DNA of 64,000 bases, from assembly GCA_019058445.1 (NCBI GenBank), contig JAHPZA010000010.1, positions 64,001-128,000 of the forward strand, read 5' to 3'. Positions 1-10,173 of the stretch are shown piece by piece; position 1 is the first letter of the stretch; each line of letters begins with the position of its first letter. The notes beneath the pieces were generated by a model. That model had not been told where the DNA came from and ran no database searches. It saw only the letters and a list, made by a program, of their open reading frames with translations. The DNA comes from Promethearchaeota archaeon. Lineage in GTDB: Archaea; Asgardarchaeota; Lokiarchaeia; Sigyniarchaeales; SOKP01. Both the position numbers and the translations under genes were made by a program.

Positions 1-307
1 CTTCAATAACAAAAGATCGAGCTCGCTTTACGTGGCGCACCATTTTTAATTGTTTTTCAAAGGAACAATTTCGATGTAAAACACCTAATCCTCCAAAAAG
101 TGCCATTTTAATTGCCATTTCTTCTTCTGTGACGGTGTCCATTGCTGCTGACATTATTGGTAAATTAAATTTATACTTTTCTCCTAATTTAGTAGAAATA
201 TCGACTTCACTTGGTCCAAAGCTAGTATATCCCGGAAGGAGAAGAACATCATCAAAAGTTGTGATTAACTCATTTGTATGGGCTTTTTTACGGAAATAAT
301 CTGACAT
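1..307 (-). CDS. guaB: IMP dehydrogenase, N-terminal part (runs off the window start)
   Basis: Manual translation from ATG at 307: MSDYFRKKAHTNELITTFDDVLLLPGYT...LPIMSAAMDTVTEEEMAIKMALFGGLGVLHRN. The TFDDVLLLP, SAAMDTVTE and GGLGVLH motifs are typical of IMPDH. Not in the ORF track. Confidence 0.92.
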   Translation of the reverse strand, partial: MSDYFRKKAHTNELITTFDDVLLLPGYTSFGPSEVDISTKLGEKYKFNLPIMSAAMDTVTEEEMAIKMALFGGLGVLHRNCSFEKQLKMVRHVKRARSFVIE

Positions 308-496
308 TTTAAATTCACTTATTTGTAATATTTTCTTCAAATATTAATTATAAAGCGATTACTAGGTTATAAATCTTTATCACGAACAATAATATAAAAA
401 GGAAAGCTCTGAACAGAATTTTCTTGTTTTTATTAATAATTTAATAAAACATGATTAGGGAAATTGAAGGATTAGCTATCTAAGTCTAAACTGATA

Positions 497-1660
497 TTAA
501 GATATTTTTACTCTGACATTAATTCCTCGTTTTGCTAATTCCTCAACAAAATAATCTCCAGGGATTGCTAATTCGACGGGAATAGCCCCTTTTTGAACTT
601 TTTCCTGAGCCATCATGATTGCTACAATTGAAGCATCCCAACCTGTTGTTCTCTCCATCGCTGTAAATTCTGTGCTTTCATCGTAATAGTCAATTAAATC
701 TAAAACAACTTCCGCTTCCTTTCCATCTTTCAACCCTAAGCATTTAATTTTAATAACTACTAAATCTTTATCTCCCGGTATAACGACTTTTGGTTCTAAA
801 AGAGCATGAAGTACTTCCCGAGGAACAATCTTTTTATTATTTATTATTAAAGGCTTTAAATCAAATAATCCTAAATCCCACCATGCTCTTAATTGTGTAA
901 AATGTCCAGGATAACGAACCGTTTTATTTTGGTATGTCTTAAGCTTTCCTTCGAATGTCCAAGGTGCTGTCGATGTACCTCCTCCAGTTGTGAAGGCTTC
1001 TAAACGACCTACGGGGGGAGAAAAATCTATTTCCTCTAGCTCTTCTAATGGTTGAATCTCAGTAAGTTTCCCCTCTCTTAAAAATAGGGTGGGTTCAGCA
1101 TATTCATTTGTTAATCCTTCAACATTAAAAGTCAAAAGATAATTAAAAGGCGGTCGGGGATTCTGAGGTAGACCACCATCCCACATGAGAACATCGCGTG
1201 GTTCATCTAATAGACTCATGGCATATACACATAATGTTGTTCCCATTCCTGGTACTTGCCCACAATCAGGAACAATGCTTATACCTGCTTCTATAGCCTG
1301 AAAATTGAGTTTCAATTGCTCTTTAACAAGGTCGGTATTTCCCCCCAAATCACACATACTTGCTTTTACTTCTATAGCTGCTTTAGTAATATCTAGATTA
1401 TAATAATAAGGTACAGAACTAAGAAAAGCATCAACTCCATTAAGAAAATCAATCAGAGAGGAATGATCCTTTACATCAACTTGCTTGGCTTCTGCTATTT
1501 TTATATTGAGTAGGCTATTAACTCTTTTAGCAGCTTTTTCAGCATTTGCAATAGATATATCACCCAATAAGACTTTTTCAGCATCGCCATGTTTTGCCAT
1601 ATCATATGCGGCAGCTGTTCCTTGTCTCCCTGCACCAAGAACAGCATAATTATAACCCAT
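497..1660 (-). CDS. Saccharopine dehydrogenase / lysine 6-dehydrogenase family oxidoreductase
   Basis: Rossmann motif VLGAGRQG, CDLGGN, DCGQVPGM, GGLPQNP, C-terminal TAMERTTG. Confidence 0.85.
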   Translation of the reverse strand: MGYNYAVLGAGRQGTAAAYDMAKHGDAEKVLLGDISIANAEKAAKRVNSLLNIKIAEAKQVDVKDHSSLIDFLNGVDAFLSSVPYYYNLDITKAAIEVKASMCDLGGNTDLVKEQLKLNFQAIEAGISIVPDCGQVPGMGTTLCVYAMSLLDEPRDVLMWDGGLPQNPRPPFNYLLTFNVEGLTNEYAEPTLFLREGKLTEIQPLEELEEIDFSPPVGRLEAFTTGGGTSTAPWTFEGKLKTYQNKTVRYPGHFTQLRAWWDLGLFDLKPLIINNKKIVPREVLHALLEPKVVIPGDKDLVVIKIKCLGLKDGKEAEVVLDLIDYYDESTEFTAMERTTGWDASIVAIMMAQEKVQKGAIPVELAIPGDYFVEELAKRGINVRVKIS

Positions 1661-1725
1661 ATCTTATCCCAATTAAATTAGTTCAATTCTAATATATTAA
1701 TAAATGAAATTTAATACGCTAAAAA

Positions 1726-2637
1726 TTACATGCGAGTTAAATTTTTTCTTTGCATATTCTGAATTCTTGGATCATTTATGAATGCATCTAAGGTTTCAAT
1801 AAATTTCTCCCTATCTTCTTTGATATTTGATGATTCTATTGCACAATAATTCGATACGTGATCATTAAACACTTGTGAAGTGACATTTTCACCCAGATTT
1901 GCGATGATGTCTCTCTCTTCTTTTAAACATTCAATAGGTTTCAATAATTTAAATTCCCCAGATTTCCATTCTTTCCAGAGGGGAGTATTGGGCATAATAT
2001 TTAGGGTTCTGAACCGAAATATAGTGGGATTTATCGCTGTTAACACTCTTGCTGTCTCTTTAACATGTTCTTCAGAATATTTATAACTGCCTAATCCGAG
2101 AATAATATATAAACTTAGCTTAATTCCAGCGTTTAATACTTTTTTACCTGCTTTTATCATTGATTTCGCATTTGTACCTTTTTTCATAATTCTTAATATC
2201 TCACTAGAGCCACTTTCTAAACCCATGTAAACGATATCTAAGCCTGCTGCAGCTAATCGTTTTAAATCTTCATTACTTTTTCGTAAAATATCCAAAGCCT
2301 TAGCGTAGCTACTCACTCGAGGCACATTTTTTAGTCTTAATCTCACATATTTAATAATCTCAACAAGATAATCGGTTGGAGCTGAAGTGGGATTACCTCC
2401 CGCTAAAAAGACTGGAAATCCGTGATAATTCATTTCTACTTTTTGATCAATATCTCTCAAAACATCTTCTAATGGTCTTATAGTATAATCTTGACCCCCG
2501 CCATAAATCCCCTTATAAGTCCCGCAAAACCTGCATTGATTCCACGAACAGCCTCCTGTAACAGCAATCAAAACAGAATAAGCTTCAACCGGTGGTCTAA
2601 TAATTATTTGTTCAGGAGGAAGTTTTTTGCTCATCAA
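1726..2637 (-). CDS. Radical SAM protein
   Basis: CxxxCxxC motif (CSWNQCRFC variant) after RPPVEAYS, plus YMGLESG. Paralog of 10953..11870. Confidence 0.85.
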   Translation of the reverse strand: MMSKKLPPEQIIIRPPVEAYSVLIAVTGGCSWNQCRFCGTYKGIYGGGQDYTIRPLEDVLRDIDQKVEMNYHGFPVFLAGGNPTSAPTDYLVEIIKYVRLRLKNVPRVSSYAKALDILRKSNEDLKRLAAAGLDIVYMGLESGSSEILRIMKKGTNAKSMIKAGKKVLNAGIKLSLYIILGLGSYKYSEEHVKETARVLTAINPTIFRFRTLNIMPNTPLWKEWKSGEFKLLKPIECLKEERDIIANLGENVTSQVFNDHVSNYCAIESSNIKEDREKFIETLDAFINDPRIQNMQRKNLTRM

Positions 2638-2810
2638 TTTTTATCAAATGTTTTTTATTAGTAAGATCATATATAGATAAAATATTCGCTAATTTAGATT
2701 TTTACATTATAAAATAATATAGATTTCGATTATTTTTTTTGGCAAGCACAATTTAATATTTATAAATAAGAAAATAATCATCTCCAACATTTTTTGGAAC
2801 TCAAGTATGT

Positions 2811-3404
2811 ATGATAATTCCAGAAGAAAATATTAGTTATGCTTTTAAGATAGTATTAATCGGTGCTCCAGGGGTTGGAAAAACATGTTTATTTAACAGA
2901 TATTGTTTTAATTCATTTGATATAAATACAAAAATGACATTAGGAATAAGTTTTCATTCTACTTATTTAAGAATCAAATTTCCAAAGATTAAGAGTAAGA
3001 AGGAGCAATACGCAGTCAATTCGATCTTCGACTTTGGAGGTCAAGAACGATTTCGACCTATGCTACCAAAATTTTTAGAGGGAGCAAACGGGGCATTATT
3101 GGTTTTTGATTTAGTTAATTTTTCATCATTTGAGCAATTAGATTATTGGCATAATATGCTTGTTAACCATACAGGAAGCTTAAATATTCCAATCTTATTA
3201 ATTGGGAGTAAAAGTGATTTATTAGATAAAACTTCAGAAACTGAAAGGGTTAATGATGAACTTATCATGGATTTTATTAAAATGAAAGACCTAGATGGGT
3301 ATTACAAAACAAGTGCGTTAGAAAATTATAACATTTTAGATGTTTTTAAGAATTTAACTAATTTAATGTTAAAAATCCATAATTCAGGAGCCGTTGTCAT
3401 CTAA
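2811..3404 (+). CDS. Rab-like small GTPase (Ras superfamily)
   Basis: G1 GAPGVGKT, G3 DFGGQERF, G4 variant SKSD, G5 TSA. No C-terminal prenylation Cys. Confidence 0.9.
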   Translation: MIIPEENISYAFKIVLIGAPGVGKTCLFNRYCFNSFDINTKMTLGISFHSTYLRIKFPKIKSKKEQYAVNSIFDFGGQERFRPMLPKFLEGANGALLVFDLVNFSSFEQLDYWHNMLVNHTGSLNIPILLIGSKSDLLDKTSETERVNDELIMDFIKMKDLDGYYKTSALENYNILDVFKNLTNLMLKIHNSGAVVI

Positions 3405-3430
3405 TTTAAGCCATTGAGAAAATTCTTTTC

Positions 3431-4510
3431 TTAAAATTCACGTAAATAAATGAAATCGCTAAATTCATTAAAAAATTCTTTTTGTTCTCTATTGAGGTCA
3501 GGATAAATTTCTCTCAAATGCTCTTTAGCTTCCTGTACTAAATTTTTACTAAAATGTTCCGCTATTATTATTGCGTTAGTTTCAGCAAAAATTTTCATAA
3601 CTTCATTAACGTCACTTTTAGTTGTATCAGGTTTGCGATAAATCTCATTCAACTTCTTTGACTGTACTTCATCAGTATTTTGCACAGCTAAAATATAAAG
3701 AAATTTCTTCTTTCTATCTTTAATATCAGACTCAACATCTAATATATCATCTCGAATAGCATGGGCCTGACCTATTCTTAACATGGCTTCGGATAAGGGT
3801 TTTATCTGATAGTGGATATTTCCTCTTGCAAGGATGGCCCCTATTTTAGCAGATTTCTCTAATACTCTTGCCCTTTGCATCTCAGCTATGTTAAGATATT
3901 GTTCTAGAGTCATTGTAATATTATGATACTCCATGTATTCTTCTATAATCATACCTTTCATTAAATAGTCCATTGCTTCAGAATATTCATTAATAGCTAA
4001 TAATTTTAGCTGATCAGGAAATTTAGAAAAACGAATTATATCCAATCCTGTAATATAACCAAGAGATCCTCCAAGAATACTTAAATCTCTCCCATATAAT
4101 TCGATTAATTTATCCTTCTCAGATATATCGACTGATTTATAGACATTATTAATTTCGTTTTGTAATTGCTTATGAAAAGCCGGTTCACCCCTTCTCATAT
4201 CATCATTATCAATTAAATCGTCATGAATTAAATGCCCACTGTGAAGAAACTCTACCGCCATTGCTACTTTTCTGATTTCCCCTAAATTATCTTCTAAATA
4301 CATTGGATTAATAATTCCATTAAAAGCAGCAATCAAGAGAATAGGATGAATTCGTTTAGCCTTGCTCTTCTCCGGTATGATGAAGTTTCTCATTTTGCTA
4401 TTAAAATCTGCAAAAAGTAGCTCTTTTTCTTTTTTATTAAGTTTATTGAAAAATTTTTCTAATTCTAGATTAATAGCCTCTCTTTCAGATTTAAAGAATT
4501 CTTCAATCAT
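3431..4510 (-). CDS. Trans-isoprenyl diphosphate synthase (polyprenyl synthetase) family protein, divergent
   Basis: KRIHP, first aspartate-rich motif IHDDLIDNDDMRRG, second motif IRDDILD. Confidence 0.8.
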   Translation of the reverse strand: MIEEFFKSEREAINLELEKFFNKLNKKEKELLFADFNSKMRNFIIPEKSKAKRIHPILLIAAFNGIINPMYLEDNLGEIRKVAMAVEFLHSGHLIHDDLIDNDDMRRGEPAFHKQLQNEINNVYKSVDISEKDKLIELYGRDLSILGGSLGYITGLDIIRFSKFPDQLKLLAINEYSEAMDYLMKGMIIEEYMEYHNITMTLEQYLNIAEMQRARVLEKSAKIGAILARGNIHYQIKPLSEAMLRIGQAHAIRDDILDVESDIKDRKKKFLYILAVQNTDEVQSKKLNEIYRKPDTTKSDVNEVMKIFAETNAIIIAEHFSKNLVQEAKEHLREIYPDLNREQKEFFNEFSDFIYLREF

Positions 4511-4696
4511 CTAAGACCAACTAATTTTATTAAAGGCAATAATTTAATAAAATAAATATCATAATTATTTATCTTTTTTTTGTAAAAGTAAATTTTAATT
4601 ATGAACATAAGTAATTTGGTCTAAAAAATTAAAAAAAAATGTATAAATCGACACTCCGTTCTGAATAAATCTGCTTTCATTTATCTAATACATAAT

Positions 4697-6025
4697 ATGC
4701 TTTTAACTCATAAGATTCGCATCTTTCCTACTCACGATCAAGAAATTGTTTTAAGGGATCTAGCAGAAAAATGCAGATTAATTTATAACTTTGCGTTAGA
4801 GGAAAGAATAGAGGATTGGAAGCAGAATAAAAAAAGAAGTAAAGAAGAGAGGCTTTATATCAGCTATACAGAGCAACAAAATAACTTGCCACATCTAAAA
4901 AAAAAATATCCAGAATATAAATGGGTATATTCGAAAGTTCTCCAAATGACATTGAGAAAACTTGACGAGGCTTACAAATCTTTTTTTACTAAATGGAAAA
5001 AAGGAGATACTACAACCCGTCCCCCGAAATTTAAAGGAAAAAAATATTTTACAACGTTATGTTATAATCAAAGTGGATTTAAAATCGAAAAAGATAAGAT
5101 TGAGTTTTCCCATAAGCATCCCTCGAAAACATTATTAAATTTTAGTCTCAAATATCCATTTCATTATGAAAACAATGAAATTAAACAAGTAGAACTTTTT
5201 CTAGATTCACAAAATCGTTGGTTTATTTCAATTAATTATGAACATTTAATCCCTAAATATAGAGATAACGGACTATATCAGGCGATTGATTTGGGAATAT
5301 CTAATCTCGTTTCCGCCGTAAACTTAGATTTCAAGTTCGTTCAAGTCAAAAACAGAAGGGCGGACCTTTATTGGAGGAAAAAAATCGAGGAAGTCCAATC
5401 AAAACGAGACCATTGTAAAAAATATAGCCATAGATGGTATAGATATACCACAAAACTCAACAAAATGAAGCGAAAATGTGCACATCAAATGCGTGATTAT
5501 CAGCATAAAATTTCCAAGAAAATTGTTTCAAATACAAAAGCAAATACTATCATCATTGGAGATTTAGATGTGAAAAAAATGGCTAAAAGGAAAAAGGGAA
5601 CGGGAAGCTCGTTAAAAAATAAAATGAATAAAACATTAAACCACTCCATACAAAATACTGGGTCTTTAGGACGATTTGCCGAGTTCTTAACCTATAAAGC
5701 CAAGCTTGTAGGTAAAAGAGTAATAAGAACTGACGAGTCGTACACCTCCCAAGACTGTTGCTTGTGTGGAAAACGGGTCAAAAGAAAAATATCCGAAAGG
5801 ACTATCAATTGCGATTGTGGAAATCGTATGGACAGAGACCTTAATTCTGCTGTAAATATTATGGTAAACCTCTTACATAATAAGCATGAATATGATTTCC
5901 TATTGCATCAACCCTCTTTGAACGAGGAATCCTTCCTTACTCGGTTGGATTTGCTACGAAACACAGCCCTATCGCCGTTATTTACGGGAGATAGAGGACT
6001 CGTAGTGAAGGCGAAAAATCTATAA
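4697..6025 (+). mobile_element. tnpB: IS200/IS605-family TnpB RNA-guided endonuclease, no tnpA nearby (IS1341-like)
   Basis: N-terminal HKIRIFPT...CRLIYNFAL, RuvC-I AIDLGISNL, IIIGDL, DESYTSQ, Zn finger CCLC...CDC, RuvC-III DRDLNSAVNI. Confidence 0.92.
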
Positions 6026-6062
6026 ATTTTTAGATATTTTTACCTATGTTCAATTATTGAAC
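5870..6062 (+). ncRNA. Putative TnpB omega-RNA (reRNA) and element right end
   Basis: Structured tract overlapping the tnpB 3' end: CTACGA(5954-5959)/TCGTAG(6000-6005) enclosing CCCTATC-GCCGT/ACGG-GATAG-AGG, then GAAGGC and a terminal hairpin AAAAATCTA/TAGATATTTTT (6014-6041). Boundaries are approximate. Confidence 0.55.
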
Positions 6063-6104
6063 TATCTTAATCTAATTCATCAAAATAAAATAAATGATTG
6101 AAAA

Positions 6105-6611
6105 ATGAAGTTAGCAGTTATTTCAGACACACACGATCATAAGGACAATATTTTAAAAGCAGTTTCCATAATGAACGAAAGAAATGTTGATGCCTTAATA
6201 CACTGTGGCGATTATGTGGCCCCTTTTGTAAAGAGATGGTTTGATGGATTGAAAAACAGTATAAAAAAGAATTTCTATGGAGTTTGGGGTAACAATGATG
6301 GAGAGAGAGTGTTTTTAAAGCAAAATCTTGGACAAATTTGCAATATTGTGGGTATGGAAATTAATAAAGAATTTGATGGTAAGAAAGTTTTTGCTGCTCA
6401 CATGCCAACACAAGAAACAATAGACGCCTTAGCAAATTCCAACAAATACGACATTATTTTAACTGGTCATACCCATGCTGTAGTAAATGAAAAGTATGAA
6501 AACGGAGTATTAGTTGTAAATCCCGGAGAGGCTTGTGGATATTTATCTGGAAAAGCAACATTTGCTATAATCGACCTCGATAAATTGATAGCTGAAATAA
6601 TAGAATTATAA
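6105..6611 (+). CDS. Metallophosphoesterase, YfcE/MJ0936 family
   Basis: SDTHD, HCGD, GNND, GHTH and NPGE motifs. Confidence 0.9.
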   Translation: MKLAVISDTHDHKDNILKAVSIMNERNVDALIHCGDYVAPFVKRWFDGLKNSIKKNFYGVWGNNDGERVFLKQNLGQICNIVGMEINKEFDGKKVFAAHMPTQETIDALANSNKYDIILTGHTHAVVNEKYENGVLVVNPGEACGYLSGKATFAIIDLDKLIAEIIEL

Positions 6612-6671
6612 ATTTTATTACTTCTTTTTCTTTTTTCAAAACCTTTTATTTAGGAAATCATAATCTTTATT

Positions 6672-7886
6672 ATGCTACCTTTAGAGGATATTACAGTTTT
6701 AGATCTCACAAGAATGCTGCCAGGCCCCTACTGTACAATGATTTTAGGGGACTTGGGAGCAAATATTATTCGTGTTGAAGATCCAAATTACCCATACGCA
6801 AATCCCCCTCCTTTCTTTCAAAAAGGGAGATATCGTGAAAGTGCGTTCAATTCTATTATTATGAGAAATAAAAAATCTATAACTCTTAATCTGAAAAAAG
6901 AGAAAGCAAGAGGAGTCTTCTATGAGTTAGTAAAACATGCAGATGTAGTTTTAGACACTTATCGTCCTAAAGTTATGGATAAATTAAAGATTGATTATGA
7001 AACTCTTTCTTCAATAAATCCTTCAATTATATGTTGTTCTCTGACAGGATATGGTCAATATGGCCCCTATGAACAAATAGCGGGGCATGATCTGAATTAT
7101 ATCGGTATTTGTGGAATATTAGATTTAAATAGACAAAGAGCTATTTTTGGTCAAGAAAATCAAGAAAGACCCCCTATAGTTCCCGGACTTCAAGCGGCAG
7201 ATGTTGGAGGGGGGTTAGTTACAACTATAGGGATACTTGGAGCACTTATGGAAAGAGAGAGGAATCCTGAAAAGAGGGGGCAGTATCTAGACATTGCAAT
7301 GACAGATTGTGTTTTCTCTTTTATGCCTATGGCCGCTGCATATCATTTCTCTAAAGATTTAAATGATGGAAAGATAACACCTATAAATCCTTTACATGGA
7401 GAACTTCCCCTTTATGCGGTTTTTAAAACAAAAGATAATAATTATCTATCTGTAGGAGCCATTGAGTTAAAATTTCGGCGAGAAGTATTTTTAGGGATTG
7501 GTCGTGAAGATTTAATATTAAAAGGAAATCCTGTGGGTGAAGAGAAAGAATATGTTTATGAAGAAATGCAAAAAGAATTCTTAAAGAAAACTCAAAAAGA
7601 ATGGATGGAAATATTTATCAATAAGGATGCTTGTGTTATGCCAGTTAATTCATTTGAGGAAGCATGTGAAGATCCTCAAATTAAAGCTCGTAATATGGTT
7701 GTGAAGCTTGAACATCCTAAATTTGGGGAAGTTCAAAATATTGCTTCGCCAATTAAAATGTCGAGAACTCCATTGAAAACTAGGAGTTTAGCCCCAAAAG
7801 TAGGACAACATACAAAGGAAATATTAAGGAATCTCAACTATTCTGATGAAGATATTCGGGACCTAAAAAGAAATGGGATTATCTAA
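6672..7886 (+). CDS. CoA-transferase family III (CaiB/BaiF)
   Basis: VLDLTRMLPGPYCTMILGDLGA, RNKKSITLNLK, GYGQYGPY, GHDLNY, APKVGQHT. Confidence 0.92.
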   Translation: MLPLEDITVLDLTRMLPGPYCTMILGDLGANIIRVEDPNYPYANPPPFFQKGRYRESAFNSIIMRNKKSITLNLKKEKARGVFYELVKHADVVLDTYRPKVMDKLKIDYETLSSINPSIICCSLTGYGQYGPYEQIAGHDLNYIGICGILDLNRQRAIFGQENQERPPIVPGLQAADVGGGLVTTIGILGALMERERNPEKRGQYLDIAMTDCVFSFMPMAAAYHFSKDLNDGKITPINPLHGELPLYAVFKTKDNNYLSVGAIELKFRREVFLGIGREDLILKGNPVGEEKEYVYEEMQKEFLKKTQKEWMEIFINKDACVMPVNSFEEACEDPQIKARNMVVKLEHPKFGEVQNIASPIKMSRTPLKTRSLAPKVGQHTKEILRNLNYSDEDIRDLKRNGII

Positions 7887-7928
7887 AACCTCAGCATTTA
7901 TATGAATACGTAATCAGACAGATATAAT

Positions 7929-8465
7929 ATGCTTATGAAAGAAGAAATTGAATCACTGAAAGAACTTTTAGAAGTAAATCCAGATAACATTAATGCGTGG
8001 ATGAATCTTGCTCAAATCTACTATGATACAGGAGATTTTGAAAATGCTATAGAAACTTTTAAGCAAGCTTTAAAAATTGAATCAGATAATGCTTTAATAT
8101 GGCAGAATTTGGGATACCTTTACAATGAAAAAGGTTTATATCATGATGCTATAGAAAGTTTAAGAAAGGCTCTGGAGATTAACCCAAATTTATCGGTCGC
8201 TTGGACAGAATTAAGTTTTTCATATATAGAATTAGCTGATTATGATAAAACGATTGATGCATGCAAGCAAGCATTAAAAATAGATGAGAATGATGAAACT
8301 GCTTGGACAAATCTCGGTTCTGCCTATTATAACAAAAAACAATATAAGAAAGCAATTGAAGCCGTGAGAAAAGCTTTAAGGATTATTCCTAATTTAGAAT
8401 TCGCACAGACGGTTTTAGAATTAGCAGAAAAAGCGAATAAAGAAAATAGAAGATTGGAAACTTAA
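7929..8465 (+). CDS. Tetratricopeptide repeat protein
   Basis: Four 34-aa TPR units (AWMNLAQIYY, IWQNLGYLY, AWTELSFSY, AWTNLGSAYY). Confidence 0.9.
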   Translation: MLMKEEIESLKELLEVNPDNINAWMNLAQIYYDTGDFENAIETFKQALKIESDNALIWQNLGYLYNEKGLYHDAIESLRKALEINPNLSVAWTELSFSYIELADYDKTIDACKQALKIDENDETAWTNLGSAYYNKKQYKKAIEAVRKALRIIPNLEFAQTVLELAEKANKENRRLET

Positions 8466-8544
8466 TAACATTTATTTAAGATTTCTTTTATATATTTTAA
8501 AGAATACTAAATTTTCTAATTGAAATTATTATTCCATATTTAAA

Positions 8545-10095
8545 ATGTCAGAAGAATCCAACAAGAAGGAAAGAAAAGAGGGAAAAAAAGCTAACGATCA
8601 AGAATCACAACATAATGAAGGACAACCAATAAAAGAAAACCATGAAAACCTAATTGAAAAACCTGTGATTATTAAAGCTGAAGCCTATAAAACAATTATA
8701 TTATATGCCAGTCGATATGCTAATAAATCTATTCCACAAGAAGAATGGAAAGAAATCTATGGAATTTTAATTGGATACTCTGACAATGATTTTATATATG
8801 TTGAAAAAGCTGAAGCAATGACGTTTGGTCATAAATATGATGTAGAACTAAATGTAAAACATTTAGGTTTTATTGAAGAAATTGAATTAAAGTATCAAAA
8901 CGAGGGTAAATATATGATTGGATGGTTTCACTCCCATCCTAGTTTCGGGCTATTCTTCTCAGTTATCGACCTTATAAATCAATATAAATTTCAGCAAGTG
9001 AATAATGATTTCTGTGGGTTAGTATTCGATCATACTCTTCTTGGGCAAAAGAAAGAAGAAAAAATAGAAGCCGAAGATGGAACTAAGCATAAAATAGCAA
9101 AATATGACACAGGATTTGAAATTTATCGTTTATCAGATATTAAAATGAATATAGACGATCCTCAATTTGAAAAAAATTATCATAAAGTAGACTATATTGT
9201 TGAAGGACTCAATAAATTCTTTTTTGCTAACGTTTTAACTGAACTTTCTGCCTTAGTCTCTGCTGGAAAACCATTACAAGAGGCGTATGGTGAACATTAT
9301 GAACTTGAATCTTCTGAAAAAAAGGAGGAGATAAGAAAAGAAAGTTTGGTTAAAATCCCTATTTCAGATGATATTGAGTTTGATGTGGACGATTTTTTTT
9401 ATGGAGATCTTAGTAAAAAAGAAAAAAAAAAAACACAATTATGTGAGGAGGCTGAACAACTTATCTATGAGGGAAACCAAGCTTTTGAAGAAAGAAATGC
9501 ATTTATGGGTGTTGAAAAATACCAGCAAGGTATAGAACGATATAAGAAAATCAATGATAGAGAACGAGTCTTTGCCTTACTAAGGAATTTAGCAGAGCAT
9601 TGTATTGCTTCAAATCATCAAGTACTAGCGAAAAAATTTGCCGAGGAATTATTCAGTTTATCTGAGAAATATAACAACCTATTTTACAGAGCTGAAGCGA
9701 ATTATTTAGTAGGATACCTTTCTCTGAAAGAAGGAGAAAATGAAGATTTAGAATCAGCATTAAGACAAATCCAAAAAGCTTCAATTGATTATGAAAATGC
9801 AGGAGATTTTGCTGGCGCTGGCAAATGTTATCATAAAATTGGAACAATTTATCAATCTCGTTTAATGAGACCTTATAATGCCTGTCTTTTCTATGAACAG
9901 GCTTTAAGAAGTTTCAATCAAGCATTACTTAAAGGACATCCTTTACGTACTTCGATATGGAGTAAAGCAGAATTATTATCCCAAAAAATAATAGAACTAA
10001 AAGATCTAGTTGAGGAACTAATTCCAAAAATCGAAAACACAGAAGAAAGAAAAAAAATTATAGAAGATCTTAATTCAATTAATACTACTTTTTAG
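8545..10095 (+). CDS. MPN+/JAMM metalloprotease domain fused to C-terminal TPR/SNAP-like helical repeats
   Basis: KEIYGILIG plus GWFHSHPSFGLFFSVID gives an intact E...HxH-x7-S-x2-D JAMM motif. The C-terminal half has helical repeats (AGKCYHKIGTIY). Confidence 0.85.
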   Translation: MSEESNKKERKEGKKANDQESQHNEGQPIKENHENLIEKPVIIKAEAYKTIILYASRYANKSIPQEEWKEIYGILIGYSDNDFIYVEKAEAMTFGHKYDVELNVKHLGFIEEIELKYQNEGKYMIGWFHSHPSFGLFFSVIDLINQYKFQQVNNDFCGLVFDHTLLGQKKEEKIEAEDGTKHKIAKYDTGFEIYRLSDIKMNIDDPQFEKNYHKVDYIVEGLNKFFFANVLTELSALVSAGKPLQEAYGEHYELESSEKKEEIRKESLVKIPISDDIEFDVDDFFYGDLSKKEKKKTQLCEEAEQLIYEGNQAFEERNAFMGVEKYQQGIERYKKINDRERVFALLRNLAEHCIASNHQVLAKKFAEELFSLSEKYNNLFYRAEANYLVGYLSLKEGENEDLESALRQIQKASIDYENAGDFAGAGKCYHKIGTIYQSRLMRPYNACLFYEQALRSFNQALLKGHPLRTSIWSKAELLSQKIIELKDLVEELIPKIENTEERKKIIEDLNSINTTF

Positions 10096-10173
10096 ATTTC
10101 ATAACTATAGGTTTGAATTAAAAAATCAAAAAAAATATATTTTGTGAAATATTATTTTATTTACTCTTTTTAG

